Part shown: positions 62,830 to 64,000 of the stretch, one piece after another
How the letters are laid out: the number at the start of each line of letters is the position of its first letter
Numbering within the stretch: position 1 is the first letter of the stretch
Position numbers and translations under genes: made by a program
Notes under the pieces: model-generated
Databases searched by the model: none
The model's input: the letters and a program-made list of their open reading frames with translations, nothing else
What the model was told of the DNA's origin: nothing
Source of the DNA: the human T2T-CHM13v2.0 reference genome, Homo sapiens
NCBI RefSeq assembly: GCF_009914755.1
Contig: NC_060932.1
Length of the DNA stretch: 64,000 nucleotides
Strand: one strand, 5' to 3'

Positions 62830-63299
62830 TAAACTTTACTTAAAATGTGTAAGCCAAAGCCAGTGTGTGTAAGGCCCTATTACTTTGTTTAATAGAAAGT
62901 AAAGTACATCAAGTCTCAAGTCTCAGAATTTGGTCCAGGCCGATCCAATCTACTAGTTCGGTGTCTGAGCAATTTAGTGTGGGCTCTACCGCCCTCTTCT
63001 GGAAATACTGGGAATTGGTCTTTACTTGTGGTTTTTCAAGTCAGTCACAAATACTAGAAATCAGAGGCCAATTTCATTTTGAGAGTTGAGACAGAATTTG
63101 GTAGGTGGCTCAGGAGGAAGGAGAATCAAGGTGGAAGAAGGTGAAGGTAACATAGCACATTTCTTAAAATATGCAGAAAAGTTTCTACAGCCCAATCAAA
63201 CATTAGTAATAAAATTCACTGTTGCAAAAAAAAAAAAAAAAAAAAAAAAAAAAGCCTTGTGTTAAATTTTGTTCATGAGCAAAAGGTGTTAAAAGATTG

Positions 63300-63510
63300 A
63301 TTTGTTAAGGAAAGGCCTCAGACTGTGGAGTCAGACCCACCTGAGTCAAATCTGGGCTCTGCTGCTTGTTGTGTAAGTGTAAGTGACTAAGTGACCTCAA
63401 GCTGATTATTTAACCTCGCGGGCTGTTCTCATCTGTAAAATGGGGACCACAATGCCCACCCCAGGGGGATGAAGTGAAACGATGCATTTAAGAGGACCAA
63501 CATGTCACAG
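63300..63510 (+). mobile_element. MIR
   Basis: ggagtcagacccacctgagtcaaatctgggctctg..ctcatctgtaaaatgggg. Confidence 0.8.
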
Positions 63511-63619
63511 ACTCCCCTTCAAGAAATTCAGGTAGAGAAAATTATACAATCCTAATGAGAAAAATGAGGAGAGACCCGAGTAAGGGGAGAAGCATTTATT
63601 AAGGTCAGGAATAGGCAAA

Positions 63620-63815
63620 AGTAATTGATGGGGAGAGAAGTCAGAACAGAGGTTCCCTCTGGAGGTGGTAAGTATTGACAGAGAAGGGATGGAAGGAGGC
63701 TTCTGGAGTGCTGAGAGTGCTCTATATTTTGTTCTGAGTGGTAGTTACCCAAACACATAAATTTATCAAGCACACACTTAAAATTTATGCACTTTACATA
63801 CACAACCTTTAAAAA
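63620..63815 (+). mobile_element. L1ME-like 3' end
   Basis: gaagtcagaa..ggaggcttctggagtgctg..tctatattttg..cacacttaaaatttatgcactt. Confidence 0.7.
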
Positions 63816-63880
63816 GAGGGGAGAGGAGGAAGAAGAAGGAGGAGGAGGAAAAGGAGAAGCAGAAAAAAAAAGAAAAAGAC

Positions 63881-64000
63881 TTTTTTTTTTTTGAGATGCT
63901 GGAGGTAGTGACACAATCTTGGCTCACTGCAACCTCTGCCCCCTGAGTTCAAGCGATTATCCTGCCTCAGTCTCCTGAGTAGCTGGGACTACAGGCATGC
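63881..64000 (-). mobile_element. Alu, cut by the window edge
   Basis: T tail followed by the right arm. Confidence 0.9.

Overview
Human genomic DNA: primate Alu, MaLR and ERV repeats are present, and a consensus-like AluYa5 points to Homo sapiens. The window is repeat-dense, and I can support no protein-coding gene, CpG island, structural RNA gene or CRISPR array. The longer ORFs I checked in the supplied track are repeat-derived or unrecognisable. Content: about 30 Alu/FLAM copies, old L1M, L2, L3 and MIR fragments, many solo LTRs (THE1, MST, MLT1, MLT2A, MER21, LTR8, LTR41, MER57) and DNA-transposon fossils (MER82, MER1A, MER44, MER58, MER20, MER91, MER96). The most notable item, absent from the ORF track, is an old, decayed RPL30 retrocopy on the minus strand (~42370-43030). 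It appears semi-processed: the downstream exon junctions are spliced, while ~270 nt of intron-like sequence ending in a 3' splice site precedes the codon-8 match. It sits inside an MLT1A LTR and has an Alu at its tail. Other points of interest are a very young AluYa5, DUX4-motif-bearing LTRs, candidate non-coding exons near 61.3-63.2 kb and several nested or duplicated structures. Repeat subfamily names come from recalled consensus sequences, and boundaries of old elements are approximate.
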